Assembly (NCBI RefSeq): GCF_000092105.1
Contig: NC_014148.1
Coordinates: 450,001 to 482,000, forward strand
DNA from: Planctopirus limnophila DSM 3776
GTDB taxonomy: Bacteria > Planctomycetota > Planctomycetia > Planctomycetales > Planctomycetaceae
DNA length: 32,000 bases
Reading direction: 5' to 3'
Position numbers and translations under genes: made by a program
In this document: positions 18,753 to 28,700 of the stretch, one piece after another
Numbering within the stretch: position 1 is the stretch's first letter
How the letters are laid out: each line of letters starts with the position of its first letter
The notes under the pieces: model-generated
What the model was told of the DNA's origin: nothing
Databases searched by the model: none
Seen by the model: only the letters and a program-made list of their open reading frames with translations

Positions 18753-21700
18753 TTATCTCGAAACCCCATCATCATGGCTGAACAACAGCAGGATGACCTG
18801 GGTGAGAGCGGCGTGCTGAGCGGGCGAGACTTTGCCTGAGGCTGGCTTCTCGCCGATCTTTAAGAGTTCGGCGGTGGTCTCTGGCTGAGATTGATAAGTG
18901 GCCACCTGCTGGTCATAGAATGCCAGTAGCAACTCCAGTTCGCGAGAACTCGGTTCGCGTGTAAGGAGTGCCGTATAGGCGACTTTCACCCGATCAGCAG
19001 GAGCTGCATGCGCAAGGCTGAGATTCTCGGCGTAAACTCTCGCTGCCTCGATGAACTGGGGATCGTTCATCAACACCAGTGCCTGGAGCGGCGTGCTGGT
19101 GCGCTCGCGTTTCGCAATGCAGCTTTCTCGGCTGGGGGCGTCAAAGGTGCTCATGGATGGTGGAGGCAGAATCCTCCGCCAGAAGGTGTACATACTCCGG
19201 CGGTAAAGGTGCTCACCTCCCACCTTGGGATAGCTTTTTCCTGTTCCCGCTTCTTCCCAAAGTCCAGCCGGTTGATAGGGGTAAACGCTGGGCCCGCCCA
19301 CTTTTGTGATCAAGAGGCCACTCACCGCAAGTGCCTGATCGCGCAGCATTTCTGATGAGAGACGAAACCGGGGTCCACGAGCCAGTAATCGATTTTCCGG
19401 ATCTGCCGAATAGTAGGCGACATCGACCGGGGTTGCCGATCGCGCGTAGGCATCCGAAAGAACAATCTGCCGTAGCGTGTGCTGCAGGTCCCAACCGTGA
19501 TCCATGAAATCGCGTGCCAGCCAGTCCAGCAGTTCAGGATGACTGGGTAATGCTCCCTGGCTGCCATAATCCTCAGGTGTGGCGACCAACCCTCGACCGA
19601 AAGCTAGCTGCCACAGTCGATTAACAGCCACACGAGCCGTCAGTGGGTTCGCATCATCAACCAGCCAGTAGGCTAACCCCAGTCGATTGCGGGGCCATTC
19701 AGGCTTTAATGATCCAATAGCCTGCGGGACATCCGGCTGCACGACTTCTGCTGGCTGAAGATATTCACCACGCTTAAGCAAATGGGTTGGTCTCATGCCG
19801 GGAAGCTCTTCCATCACCATGATTTGTTTGATGCGAGTGATGAAATCGTCTTCTGCGACTCGAGCAGAAGCGAGTTTGGAAAAGGCCTCCTTCCACTCGG
19901 GTTGAACCCTGAGCCAGTGGAGTGGTCGGGACGAGTTTTTTGCGAGGGAGAGTTCTTCTGCTTTCGCTTCGGCCAGTTGAGCAATCTCGGCCTGCGACAA
20001 TTCCACGTCGAAGATTTTCAGGTCATCCAGCTGCCCTTGGGAGAAGCCGATGTCACGAAAGCGGGCACCTAGTGAGAGAGTTAAACTTCCAGCCGCCGAA
20101 TCGCCCCATTCGGATCGATGGCGGATATCGCGCGTGAGTTTATCGCGCTCGACAACCAGCGAAAGTGGCTGGCAATCGAGATAGATCTGCACACCGGAGG
20201 CTTTGCTCGAACCATCATAAGTGATTGCCACATGTGACCATTGACCCAGCGGCAATACGTTCGGTGCCTGGACTCGAATGGCATTACCTGGCCAGAAATG
20301 AATCAGTGAGAAGGTGGGACGACCTTCATCAAGAGTAAACGCATAACCTCGGAAGGCAGAATCTTCGGCCGCTTGTGAACAGTGCGCGATCACCATGCGG
20401 GGCTTATGCTCCGCGGGCTTCAACCACATGGAAAGGCTGAACGGGGAAGTTCGGGCAAAGTTCCCCACTTCTTTGAGTTTGTATTCGTCATCGCCACTGA
20501 ACTCGATCGCCTGGCCACGATCTTGTCCGCTGGCAGTCTTGCGGCTGTCGACCAGCTTGTTGGTTCCGCCGGGCGAAATCCCCTCAAAATCAAACTGGGC
20601 GACCGGTTCAACTGGTTGAATTGGCATGGGTTCATTTTTGGCGTTGAGCTGTGACTCCTCACGTTGAGTGATCAACTGGCTTTCGACTTCTTTCAAAGCT
20701 GTAGCGGCCTGTTGGATTTCTTGCAGCAGTTTTTCATGCTGTGCCTGCTGCCCATCGGCAAAAAGTGGCAGGGCGGGCGTGGGGGCCGTTTCTGTGAAAT
20801 GGGAGTACAGGCCGTGCTCGTCGATGTTCGCGAAGAAAGCACTAAGTGCGTAGAACTCCTTTTGGGAAATCGGGTCGTACTTGTGATCATGACAGCGGCA
20901 ACATTCCATGGTGAGGCCGAGTGCCGCTGTCCCGATGGTTCGCACGCGATCTGAGACATATTCGATGCGAAACTCTTCTTCGACACTTCCCCCTTCGTTG
21001 GTCTGTCGGTGCAGGCGATTGAAAGCGGTGGCCAGCTTTTGTTCTTGCGTGGCCTGGGGAAGGAGATCTCCTGCGACCTGCCAGGTGAGAAAATCGCGGT
21101 AAGAAAGATTCTTTGAGTACGCGCGAATCACCCAGTCGCGCCAGGGCCAGACGTGCATTTCCCGGTCGGCTTGATAGCCGAAAGTATCGGCATAGCGGGC
21201 GAGATCGAGCCACTCGTTGGTCATCCGCTCGGCGTAGGCGGGTGTTGAAAACAAGCGATCGACCACAGCTCTACGAGTTTCAGGAGAATCGGCCAGCGAG
21301 AGAAATTGCTCGATTTCGACGGTTGATGGGGGAAGTCCCGTGAGGTCCAGCGTGACGCGACGCAGCCAAGCCAGTCGTGTGGCTGGAGGAGATGGTTGCC
21401 AGCCGACTTCGGCCAGGCGAGCCTCAATGAACTGATCAATGGGCGGCTTCTCAACGAATTGCGATTGAGTTTCTGCAGGAGTGGAAATTGTCTGAGGGAC
21501 AGGAATAAAGGACCAATGGGGCTGATACTCGGCTCCTGCGAGCACCCATTGTTTCAAGGTGGCCTTTTGAGTCGCTGAGAGTGGTTTCTTCAGTGAGGGC
21601 GGAGGCATGACCAGATCGGGATCGTCGGATGAGATCCGTACCAGCAACTCGCTTTGATCCAGTTGGTCGAGGTGAATCGCCTTCGCACGAACAGCTTCTT

Positions 21701-21956
21701 CTCTTTGATCGAGTCTCAAGCCGGCTGCGCGAGTGGCACTATCCGGCCCATGGCAATGAAAACATCGATCAGAAAGAATCGGACGAATATCGCGATTGAA
21801 CTGCAACTTGTTAGACGTTTGAAGGTTTGCAGAAGGCTTTGCAGGACTTTCATTCTCGCCTTGTGCCTCTTGGACTCCCAGGTTGCTGGAGGCAATCACT
21901 GTCGCAATCAGCAGAGCGGTCAGGGTGCTGATAAAAAAACGATGGAGAAAAGGCAT
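18753..21956 (-). CDS. PSCyt1 (planctomycete cytochrome c) / DUF1549 / LamG / DUF1553 multidomain protein
   Basis: Signal peptide; FNRDIRPILSDRCFHCHGPD (CxxCH heme motif of PSCyt1); WLRRVTLDLTGLPP (DUF1549); a LamG-like block (FSLSMWLKP...GQWSHVAITYDG...IYLD); and a C-terminal DUF1553-like region (NRLWQLAFGRGLV...). Confidence 0.9.
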   Translation of the reverse strand: MPFLHRFFISTLTALLIATVIASSNLGVQEAQGENESPAKPSANLQTSNKLQFNRDIRPILSDRCFHCHGPDSATRAAGLRLDQREEAVRAKAIHLDQLDQSELLVRISSDDPDLVMPPPSLKKPLSATQKATLKQWVLAGAEYQPHWSFIPVPQTISTPAETQSQFVEKPPIDQFIEARLAEVGWQPSPPATRLAWLRRVTLDLTGLPPSTVEIEQFLSLADSPETRRAVVDRLFSTPAYAERMTNEWLDLARYADTFGYQADREMHVWPWRDWVIRAYSKNLSYRDFLTWQVAGDLLPQATQEQKLATAFNRLHRQTNEGGSVEEEFRIEYVSDRVRTIGTAALGLTMECCRCHDHKYDPISQKEFYALSAFFANIDEHGLYSHFTETAPTPALPLFADGQQAQHEKLLQEIQQAATALKEVESQLITQREESQLNAKNEPMPIQPVEPVAQFDFEGISPGGTNKLVDSRKTASGQDRGQAIEFSGDDEYKLKEVGNFARTSPFSLSMWLKPAEHKPRMVIAHCSQAAEDSAFRGYAFTLDEGRPTFSLIHFWPGNAIRVQAPNVLPLGQWSHVAITYDGSSKASGVQIYLDCQPLSLVVERDKLTRDIRHRSEWGDSAAGSLTLSLGARFRDIGFSQGQLDDLKIFDVELSQAEIAQLAEAKAEELSLAKNSSRPLHWLRVQPEWKEAFSKLASARVAEDDFITRIKQIMVMEELPGMRPTHLLKRGEYLQPAEVVQPDVPQAIGSLKPEWPRNRLGLAYWLVDDANPLTARVAVNRLWQLAFGRGLVATPEDYGSQGALPSHPELLDWLARDFMDHGWDLQHTLRQIVLSDAYARSATPVDVAYYSADPENRLLARGPRFRLSSEMLRDQALAVSGLLITKVGGPSVYPYQPAGLWEEAGTGKSYPKVGGEHLYRRSMYTFWRRILPPPSMSTFDAPSRESCIAKRERTSTPLQALVLMNDPQFIEAARVYAENLSLAHAAPADRVKVAYTALLTREPSSRELELLLAFYDQQVATYQSQPETTAELLKIGEKPASGKVSPAQHAALTQVILLLFSHDDGVSR

Positions 21957-22403
21957 GGGCAGGCTCGCGAGAGGGATGGCATTCGATGGAGGGAGTCAAT
22001 TCAGTACCAACGGTTCGATTTCGAATTGGGATGCGTGCAGCAAAGTCTGGGAATGTTTTGAATTGAATCACGAAATCATGCATCACCAGAATGCATCTGT
22101 TTGTGGGGTTTGACGTTACGGAAAAATCGAGTATGGCTGGTGGCGGATTCAATATCAGCTTCGCTGGAACTCTCTGGCTACACTTTGAACAGAACAAGGT
22201 GAATACATTTATTCAATCGAAAACTCAGGCCAGAAAGCAATGGTGTCTTTTTGATCAGATTTAAAGGTCTTTACGATTGAAAGTCTGTGGCGAAAAGTTA
22301 GACTGTCTGACATCAATGATTGGGAAAAACTAGGGTTGCTCCCCAGCACGTCGCGACGGCTGGATGTCCCGAGAAGTGTCGGGTGGAGCGAAGAGGAACA
22401 GAA

Positions 22404-22673
22404 ATGTCGATCACAAAAGAGCGTAAAACACAGGTTATCAAGGACTTCCAGCGATCAGAGTCAGATACTGGCTCGCCTGAAGTTCAGATTGCTGTGTTGT
22501 CTTCGCGAATTGCCGAGCTGACGGAACATCTGCGCAGCCACAAGAAAGATCACGCCAGCCGACGTGGTTTGTTGATGCTGGTGAGCAAAAGACGACGGCA
22601 GCTCGATTATGTGAAGGCGAAGTCTCCAGCCAAGTATTTTGAACTGCTCGAACGACTGAGCCTCCGCAAGTAG
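22404..22673 (+). CDS. rpsO: 30S ribosomal protein S15
   Basis: [70 protein letters not shown] is unmistakably S15. GAGGAA lies 6 nt upstream of the ATG at 22404. The track ORF start at 22320 is an upstream extension. Confidence 0.95.
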   Translation: MSITKERKTQVIKDFQRSESDTGSPEVQIAVLSSRIAELTEHLRSHKKDHASRRGLLMLVSKRRRQLDYVKAKSPAKYFELLERLSLRK

Positions 22674-22682
22674 TTTCAATAT

Positions 22683-22720
22683 CCGCCTCGACTCTTCCCG
22701 AGTTTGAGGCGGTTTCTGTT
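22683..22720 (+). terminator. Intrinsic terminator/attenuator after rpsO
   Basis: ccgcctcgactc...gagtttgaggcgg forms a hairpin (7-bp GC-rich base plus an extended imperfect stem), followed by tttctgtt. It begins 10 nt after the stop codon. Confidence 0.6.
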
Positions 22721-23381
22721 GAGGCAGGTAGTTTTGCAAACTGATTGATCCCTGCAGGAAGAATTGCAGCGATGGTTAGTTCAGGTTCTCAGTAGGGTTC
22801 AAAATTTCGTGAAGAGGCCTAAGTCAGCAGTGGCTTAAGAATCTAGCGATTGCAGTGAAAAGTACCGTCTGGTTGCTTCGAGAGATTTGCAGCCAATGGA
22901 AATGACACGCCTGTCTGGGGCGTCTCGTTTCAGCGGTCGACAGTCAGGGTATGGGCATTCCGGTTTTGCAGCAGAGTCAAGCCTTCTGTTCGATTGTGCG
23001 ATTGATACCGCAGCACCAGCAATTATGGCTGACGCGCTCGAGTGTCCTGTCGTCTGGTGATTCGATGGTCGCGCAAACCGGCTTCCGGCAGAGAATTTCA
23101 AGCCAGAAGTTTACAAATCGGTCGACATGCCGTTTCCTCTTCCGTGGTTTCCCGAGAAACCACCAAGTCCAGGTCAGGGGCTTTTCTGACCAGACAAAGA
23201 CCTGCAGAGAGAGTGAATTCACTCGCCTGAAGGTGATAAGTCATTTCCCGTCAAAGACCATCTGGCTCAAAACGAGGGGTGAATCTTCAGCCATAGATAT
23301 GGCTCATGTCTCACTCCCGAGCCTGTGTGTATGAATACAAAAGTTGTTTGTTGAAAAATGTTTGTTGAAGGATTGAAACGT

Positions 23382-25493
23382 ATGAAAGTTACCGTAGAGC
23401 GTCAGTTTGCAGGTCGCACCTTATCCATCACCACCGGCGAGTTAGCCAAGCAGGCTGCTGGCGCTGTGACAATTCAATATGGCGAAACAATGGTTTTCGT
23501 CGCTGCTCAGAATGGCCCTTCCCGCCCGGGAACCGATTTCTTCCCGCTGACATGCGACTATCGGGAGCGTCTGGCTGCCGCTGGGAAGTTTCCTGGTGGA
23601 TTCATCAAGCGAGAAGGTCGCCCCACACTTCGCGAAGTGCTGACGAGTCGCCTGACTGACCGTCCCATTCGACCACTCTTCCCCGAAGGGTATATTGAAG
23701 AAGTGCAGGTCATGTCGAACGTGCTCGCCTCAGATGGCGTGAACGATCCCGATGTGTTGTCGATTATTGGTGCCAGTGCCGCGCTTTGCCTGGCTCCGGT
23801 TCCTTTCCAGGGACCACTGGCCGCTGTGCGGGTGGGCTTGATCGATGGCGAATTCATCCTCTTCCCGACTCAGGAACAGATTGCCGATTCCGAACTGGAT
23901 CTGGTGGTAGCCGGTACTGAGAAGTCCGTGCTGATGATTGAAGGCTTCGGTAAGCAACTTCCCGAAGATCAGATGGCCGATGCCATTATGTTCGGGCACC
24001 GGACCATTGTCGAATTGTGCCAGTTGCAGCTGGAACTGGTTGCGAAGTCCGGCCGCGAACGATTTGTGCTCCCTGCTCCCGAAGCCAATCCTTTTGAAGC
24101 GATTCTGCTCGAAAAGGCTTATGCCAAACTGCGTGAAGTCAAGCAGTCGAGCGTCAAGAAAGAGCGTAGCAGCCAGACATCGGCCTACAAGAAAGAACTT
24201 CTTGCCGAATTCTTTCCCAATGATGCTGAAACGACCGCCGCTGGGCTGACGAAAGCACAGTTCTTCGCCGCCTTTTATGCAGTTGAAACCAAGGCAGTTC
24301 GCGACTTGATTCTTGATGGCGTACGTCTGGATGGACGGAAGCACGACGATCTCCGCGCTGTTAGTTGTGCGGCCAGTGTCTTGCCACGAGTTCACGGCTC
24401 TTCACTCTTCACACGGGGTGAAACTCAATCGCTGGCAACCGTGACATTGGGAACGATTCGCGATGTCCAGCGCGTGGAAGGGCTCTTTGGCGAAGAAGCC
24501 AAAGCCTTTATGCTCGACTACTACTTCCCTCCTTACTCTGTGGGTGAATGCAAGCCTTTGCGTGGCCCTGGTCGTCGCGAATTGGGTCATGGGGCCTTGG
24601 CTGAACGATCCGTTGCCAGCGTTCTGCCCTCGCCGGAAAAGTTCCCCTATACGATACGAGTCATCTCGGACATTCTCGAATCGAACGGATCGAGTTCGAT
24701 GGCTTCAGTCTGCAGTGCAACACTGGCACTGATGGACGCCGGTGTGCCCATCAGCCAGCCAGTGGCTGGGATTTCGATTGGACTTGTGAAGTCGGCTGAC
24801 CGGTTCATTCTCCTCACAGACATCATGGGTGATGAAGATCACTTTGGTGATATGGACTTCAAGGTGGCCGGTACTCAAAAGGGCGTGACTGGCATCCAGC
24901 TCGACCTGAAGATCGATGGCATCAGCGAAGAAATCGTGCGGGCCACACTCGAGCAGGCCAAGAAAGCCCGTATCGAACTGCTCAAGACGATGCTCAGTGC
25001 CATTCGTCGGCCTCGCTCCGAGATTTCGACACACGCACCGAGACTGCTTCGTACCAAGATCGACCCCAGCAAGATCGGCCTGCTGATTGGTCCCGGTGGC
25101 AAGAATATTCGAGCCATTCAGGAACAGACCGGTGCGACAATCGATATCGAAGATGATGGAACTGTGGTGATCGCCAGCAGTTCGAGCGTGGGTGCCGAAG
25201 ACGCACTGGCCCGAGTCGAAGCGATCGCTGAAGAGATCAAGGTCGGCCGGGTCTATAACGGGACGGTCAGCTCGATCAAGGATTTCGGTGCCTTTATCGA
25301 AATCGCTCCGGGCAAAGATGGGCTCTGCCACATCAGCGAACTCTCGGACGGCTTCGTGAAGAATGTGAACGAAGTTGTCCAGGTGGGCGAGAAGATTCAG
25401 GTGAAAGTCATCGCCATCGACGAACAGAACCGTGTCAAGCTTTCGCGGAAGGCTGTATTGGCTGATGAAGCCGAGAAGCCAGCCGCTGAGTAA
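23382..25493 (+). CDS. pnp: Polyribonucleotide nucleotidyltransferase (PNPase)
   Basis: Two RNase PH domains (FPLTCDYRERLAAAGKFPGGFIKREGRP; GSSLFTRGETQ; RELGHGALAERS; NGSSSMASVC), a KH domain (IGPGGKNIRAIQE) and an S1 domain (GRVYNGTVSSIKDFGAFIEI). The start is probably MKVTVERQF at 23382 (AAGGA upstream). The track start is 23358. Confidence 0.95.
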   Translation: MKVTVERQFAGRTLSITTGELAKQAAGAVTIQYGETMVFVAAQNGPSRPGTDFFPLTCDYRERLAAAGKFPGGFIKREGRPTLREVLTSRLTDRPIRPLFPEGYIEEVQVMSNVLASDGVNDPDVLSIIGASAALCLAPVPFQGPLAAVRVGLIDGEFILFPTQEQIADSELDLVVAGTEKSVLMIEGFGKQLPEDQMADAIMFGHRTIVELCQLQLELVAKSGRERFVLPAPEANPFEAILLEKAYAKLREVKQSSVKKERSSQTSAYKKELLAEFFPNDAETTAAGLTKAQFFAAFYAVETKAVRDLILDGVRLDGRKHDDLRAVSCAASVLPRVHGSSLFTRGETQSLATVTLGTIRDVQRVEGLFGEEAKAFMLDYYFPPYSVGECKPLRGPGRRELGHGALAERSVASVLPSPEKFPYTIRVISDILESNGSSSMASVCSATLALMDAGVPISQPVAGISIGLVKSADRFILLTDIMGDEDHFGDMDFKVAGTQKGVTGIQLDLKIDGISEEIVRATLEQAKKARIELLKTMLSAIRRPRSEISTHAPRLLRTKIDPSKIGLLIGPGGKNIRAIQEQTGATIDIEDDGTVVIASSSSVGAEDALARVEAIAEEIKVGRVYNGTVSSIKDFGAFIEIAPGKDGLCHISELSDGFVKNVNEVVQVGEKIQVKVIAIDEQNRVKLSRKAVLADEAEKPAAE

Positions 25494-25536
25494 TCTTGGT
25501 TGACCAAGTCAACCCACAGGTCTCCTCGAAAATGCC

Positions 25537-25580
25537 AAAGCCCGGCAAGCACAAATCGTGTTTGCTGGGCTTTGTTGCTT
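25537..25580 (+). terminator. Intrinsic terminator after pnp
   Basis: aaagcccggcaa and ttgctgggcttt form a 12-bp stem with one G-U pair and a 13-nt loop, followed by gttgctt. Confidence 0.55.
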
Positions 25581-25650
25581 AGCCACAGTTGTTCTGTGAC
25601 GAGGTCTCGCGACTGAATCTCGGGAGTCACGGCACCGAACGGGGCAACGA

Positions 25651-25740
25651 TCGGACGGGTGGCTGGGGTTGAGTCTTCGAACGCCCCAGCGATTTTCGGA
25701 ACGAACTGGGGGTTCGAAGACTCAACCCCAGCCACCCCAT
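25651..25740. repeat. Palindromic intergenic repeat element (90 bp), clean copy between convergent pnp and the sigma factor gene
   Basis: Left arm tcggacgggtggctggggttgagtcttcgaacgccccag, a centre, then right arm ctgggggttcgaagactcaaccccagccaccccat. It translates to MAGVESSN... on both strands, which explains track ORFs 25397..25735 and 25659..25868. Confidence 0.85.
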
Positions 25741-25773
25741 ATCAAGAAACGCAGCTAATTATTAGAATCCGAC

Positions 25774-27435
25774 TTAGATCCCGGGAATATCGAGACGTTC
25801 GTCAGTGGCAATACGCTTCAACTTCTTCAAAGCGCGGGCTTCGATTTGTCGAATTCGTTCTTTCGTGACACCTAAACGATGCCCGACCTGTTCGAGAGTT
25901 TGCGGTTGCTGGCCAGTTTCCAGGCCATAGCGATGCATGATGATATCGCGTTCTCGCAATTCGAGTTGTCCGAGAATCCCCATGAGGGCTTCCCGCTGAC
26001 GATAGTTCACGATTTCGTCTCGGAACTGATCGGTGCGCGGATCCATGGACTGCACAAAGACTTCTTCGCTCCCTGTGCGGAAGCGATCGAGCCGAGTGTT
26101 CTCAGCAGGAATCGATCTGGCGAAGTTCTTCATGATGGCCCACGAGGCGTAAGTGGAGAACTTAAAGCCGCGTGTGTAATCAAATTTTTCAATCGCCTTG
26201 ATGAGAGACATATTCCCATCACTGATCATCTCAAAAAAGTTGGCTGTCGGATGCGAATGCTTTTTGGCAATCGACACGACCAATCGCAAATTACTGCGAA
26301 TCAGGAAGTTCTTGATCTCGGTTGATCTGGCGAGCAGCGATTCAATTTCATCCATGAGCTTCACGCGAGGCTGCGCTAACGAAATCGTTTTGCGCAGATT
26401 TTCCGCGGCAAACTTCAGGTAGTTCATTTTGCGGAAGTAATGATGCTCCTGCTCCCTGGTCAGCAGTGGAGTGGCATACAAGCTCGCCAGATAAGGAGGC
26501 AAACCGGGTGGTGGCTTAGTTACTCCCTGATCGATAACAGCGGGCGGTTCTTCAGACTCAATGGCTTTAGCGGCTTCCCGATGGAACTCGGGCGCATCCA
26601 TGTAATCGATCGAGCGACTCAGGAGATGCCGGGCTCTCACTTCGGCAATCGTTCGATAAAGACTCGACTTGGTTCGCTTGAACTTGGTCGCGAGATCTTC
26701 GACGGCCACACCCTGGTGGTAGGCCTCGTAAACTGCTTCGCGCTCGGTCAGCGAAAGCACATCGGAGTCATCGGGGAACAATGCAATCTCGGGCTGTTCT
26801 CGATCAAAATCTTTCAACATCAGTCGAATCGTTTCGGGAGAACGATGAAACTTCCTGGCCAGCCGACGATTGATTTCTGTCGGGCCGGCACCAAAGCGTG
26901 CCAAACGCCTGGCACGACCGAGAATCATCCGTCGTTCATCGTCCGTGACATGGCGAAAATTCCCCACACGGCCGATGTCTTCGTGATTGGCCTCCACAAA
27001 TTGATCCACCGATGACCTGAGAAAGGCCACTCGCTTACGACCACCAAAGAGGAATTTGCGACTGATCAAGCCACGATCCCGCCAGCGGTCAACGGTTTTT
27101 GTGCTGACGTTGTACTGTCGGCTGACATCTTCGACGGTCAGTACATCTTCAGTCATCTGCTCTGGGCGTAGTTCAATCGACTCCGACAGGTCTTCAATGA
27201 AGACCCGCAGATCATGCAGCAGATCGGACCCGGTGATGAGCAGATCCGGGTATGACTCAGGTCGATACGAAGTCACTTCCTGACAGACTTTCTGCCACGG
27301 ATATTCAATCTGCGGATCGACACGATGAGCCAGCCGTTCAGCACGCTCAAGCTGCTGCAGGCGGACATCGCGAGGTGAATAGCGCATCTGCTGTTCGGCC
27401 AGAAGTCTCAAGGCCGGATGGCGGTAATTCGACAT
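25774..27435 (-). CDS. Sigma-70 family RNA polymerase sigma factor with a roughly 300-aa N-terminal extension
   Basis: The C-terminal half has region 2 (NLRLVVSIAKKH, DGNMSLIKAIEKFDYTRGFKFSTYASWAIMKNFARSI), region 3, and region 4.2 (QTLEQVGHRLGVTKERIRQIEARALKKLK). The start is uncertain: Met36 at 27435, Met31 at 27450, or the track start at 27540. Confidence 0.85.
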   Translation of the reverse strand: MSNYRHPALRLLAEQQMRYSPRDVRLQQLERAERLAHRVDPQIEYPWQKVCQEVTSYRPESYPDLLITGSDLLHDLRVFIEDLSESIELRPEQMTEDVLTVEDVSRQYNVSTKTVDRWRDRGLISRKFLFGGRKRVAFLRSSVDQFVEANHEDIGRVGNFRHVTDDERRMILGRARRLARFGAGPTEINRRLARKFHRSPETIRLMLKDFDREQPEIALFPDDSDVLSLTEREAVYEAYHQGVAVEDLATKFKRTKSSLYRTIAEVRARHLLSRSIDYMDAPEFHREAAKAIESEEPPAVIDQGVTKPPPGLPPYLASLYATPLLTREQEHHYFRKMNYLKFAAENLRKTISLAQPRVKLMDEIESLLARSTEIKNFLIRSNLRLVVSIAKKHSHPTANFFEMISDGNMSLIKAIEKFDYTRGFKFSTYASWAIMKNFARSIPAENTRLDRFRTGSEEVFVQSMDPRTDQFRDEIVNYRQREALMGILGQLELRERDIIMHRYGLETGQQPQTLEQVGHRLGVTKERIRQIEARALKKLKRIATDERLDIPGI

Positions 27436-27723
27436 GATCGGCCCTTTCATTTCTGGCCTGAGGATATTGGATTCAAAAACCTGGAATTCGTTCAAACAAA
27501 AAGTATTCAACAACAACGAATATGGGTTTGCCTTTGGCAAGACGTTCCTTGGAGGTTTTCTTCGGGATGGTCGTCCATTGAGACAAGTGTTCCATTATGA
27601 ACCGATGAACGTTGCATTCTGTTTCACACCGTTCAATTTTCGCGGAACGTTCACCACAGAAACTCGTTCTTCCGGCCCCTGACCTGATTGAGTGCAGATT
27701 TCAGGCCGGAAAATCCCCCGGCC

Positions 27724-27755
27724 TTCATATCTGAAAACTTCATATGTCTGAAAAC
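27724..27755. repeat. Tandem direct repeat upstream of the sigma factor gene
   Basis: ttcatatctgaaaac (27724-27738) is immediately followed by ttcatatGTctgaaaac (27739-27755), the same unit with a 2-nt insertion. Confidence 0.6.
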
Positions 27756-28074
27756 CAGGGTTGAAGCCGAGCTGCGTGTCTGACTCAAAGCACCAGGTAT
27801 TCAAACGCTCTTCCCTTCTCTACGAACGAATACCTGACATTACTGGATCATCTTTCGCGCTGAGAAAGAATTCTGAAGTCAGAAAAGAGTTTCCGTCCGT
27901 AACGACGCAACGGCAGATCAGTGAGTGATCCGAGTCGTGGCCTCATACAGAGACGACAAATAGTTTACGACGTTTCCATTCCGGGAAATAAGCCTCATTT
28001 TTGACACGTCACTCGCAGAGAGGTTCGCGGAGATCGTCATCGGATATCAACCTGCTCAAACACAATTGACTGTA

Positions 28075-28104
28075 ATTTGCTGACAAAGTGATTTGCTGAC
28101 AAAG
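28075..28104. repeat. Perfect 14-bp direct repeat (atttgctgacaaag x2, 2-nt spacer)
   Basis: The copies lie at 28075-28088 and 28091-28104, 27 nt downstream of the GNAT stop and far upstream of the sigma factor gene. Confidence 0.6.
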
Positions 28105-28130
28105 CCGTCATCTGTTGAGGTGGAACGACG

Positions 28131-28595
28131 TTAATCTTCTGCCAGGACTTCGCCTGGTTTTTCGAGGTAAGAAGGGCGTGTCTGATAGAACAAGGCTTTT
28201 CTTTCGCCCGGAAGTGTGAAATCAAACCCACACTTTCTGAAGAAATCCTCGGTCGAAGTGATTGCCAGAACTTCGAACACGTTCTGTTCCCGTGCTCGAT
28301 CAATCACGGCCTGCACCACGGCACGACCGACGCCGCGTCCTTGATAGATGGGACTGACCGCCAGACTTCGCAGCTCTCCGAGTTTGGGTGAATAAATTTC
28401 TAAGGCGGCAAAACCGGCAATTCTACCGCCAATTTCTGCGATAAAGCCATGCTTGGTAAGAATCTCAAGTTCATCGTGAGTTCGCGGCAAAAGTCGGCCG
28501 ACGGCGACAAAGGGCGTCAGAAACTCAGCCAGAGCCGGCACATCGGCCGGCAGTGCCTGCCTGACAGTCAGTTCGGACATTCCTGTTTCACTCAT
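28131..28595 (-). CDS. GNAT-family N-acetyltransferase (short ArgA-like type)
   Basis: Acetyl-CoA binding block LAVSPIYQGRGVGRAVVQAVIDRA (Q/RxxGxG/A), with F..CGF near the C-terminus. The start is Met10 (28595) or Met15 (28580) of the track ORF. Confidence 0.8.
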   Translation of the reverse strand: MSETGMSELTVRQALPADVPALAEFLTPFVAVGRLLPRTHDELEILTKHGFIAEIGGRIAGFAALEIYSPKLGELRSLAVSPIYQGRGVGRAVVQAVIDRAREQNVFEVLAITSTEDFFRKCGFDFTLPGERKALFYQTRPSYLEKPGEVLAED

Positions 28596-28700
28596 GACGT
28601 ATGAATACCCTCTATTCCGCATCTGCCGAAAGTCTTGAATGCGATCGCTGCTTTATCGTCAAAAAACTTCAGGCCAGCAATTGTCTTCAGTTCTCAATCA

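Noticed and set aside
23150-23200. ccaggtcagg in the rpsO-pnp spacer resembles the SRP (4.5S) RNA domain IV core
   Set aside because: The flanking GGAA tetraloop and the AGCA/symmetric-loop motifs are absent. The local fold is just a 6-bp hairpin.
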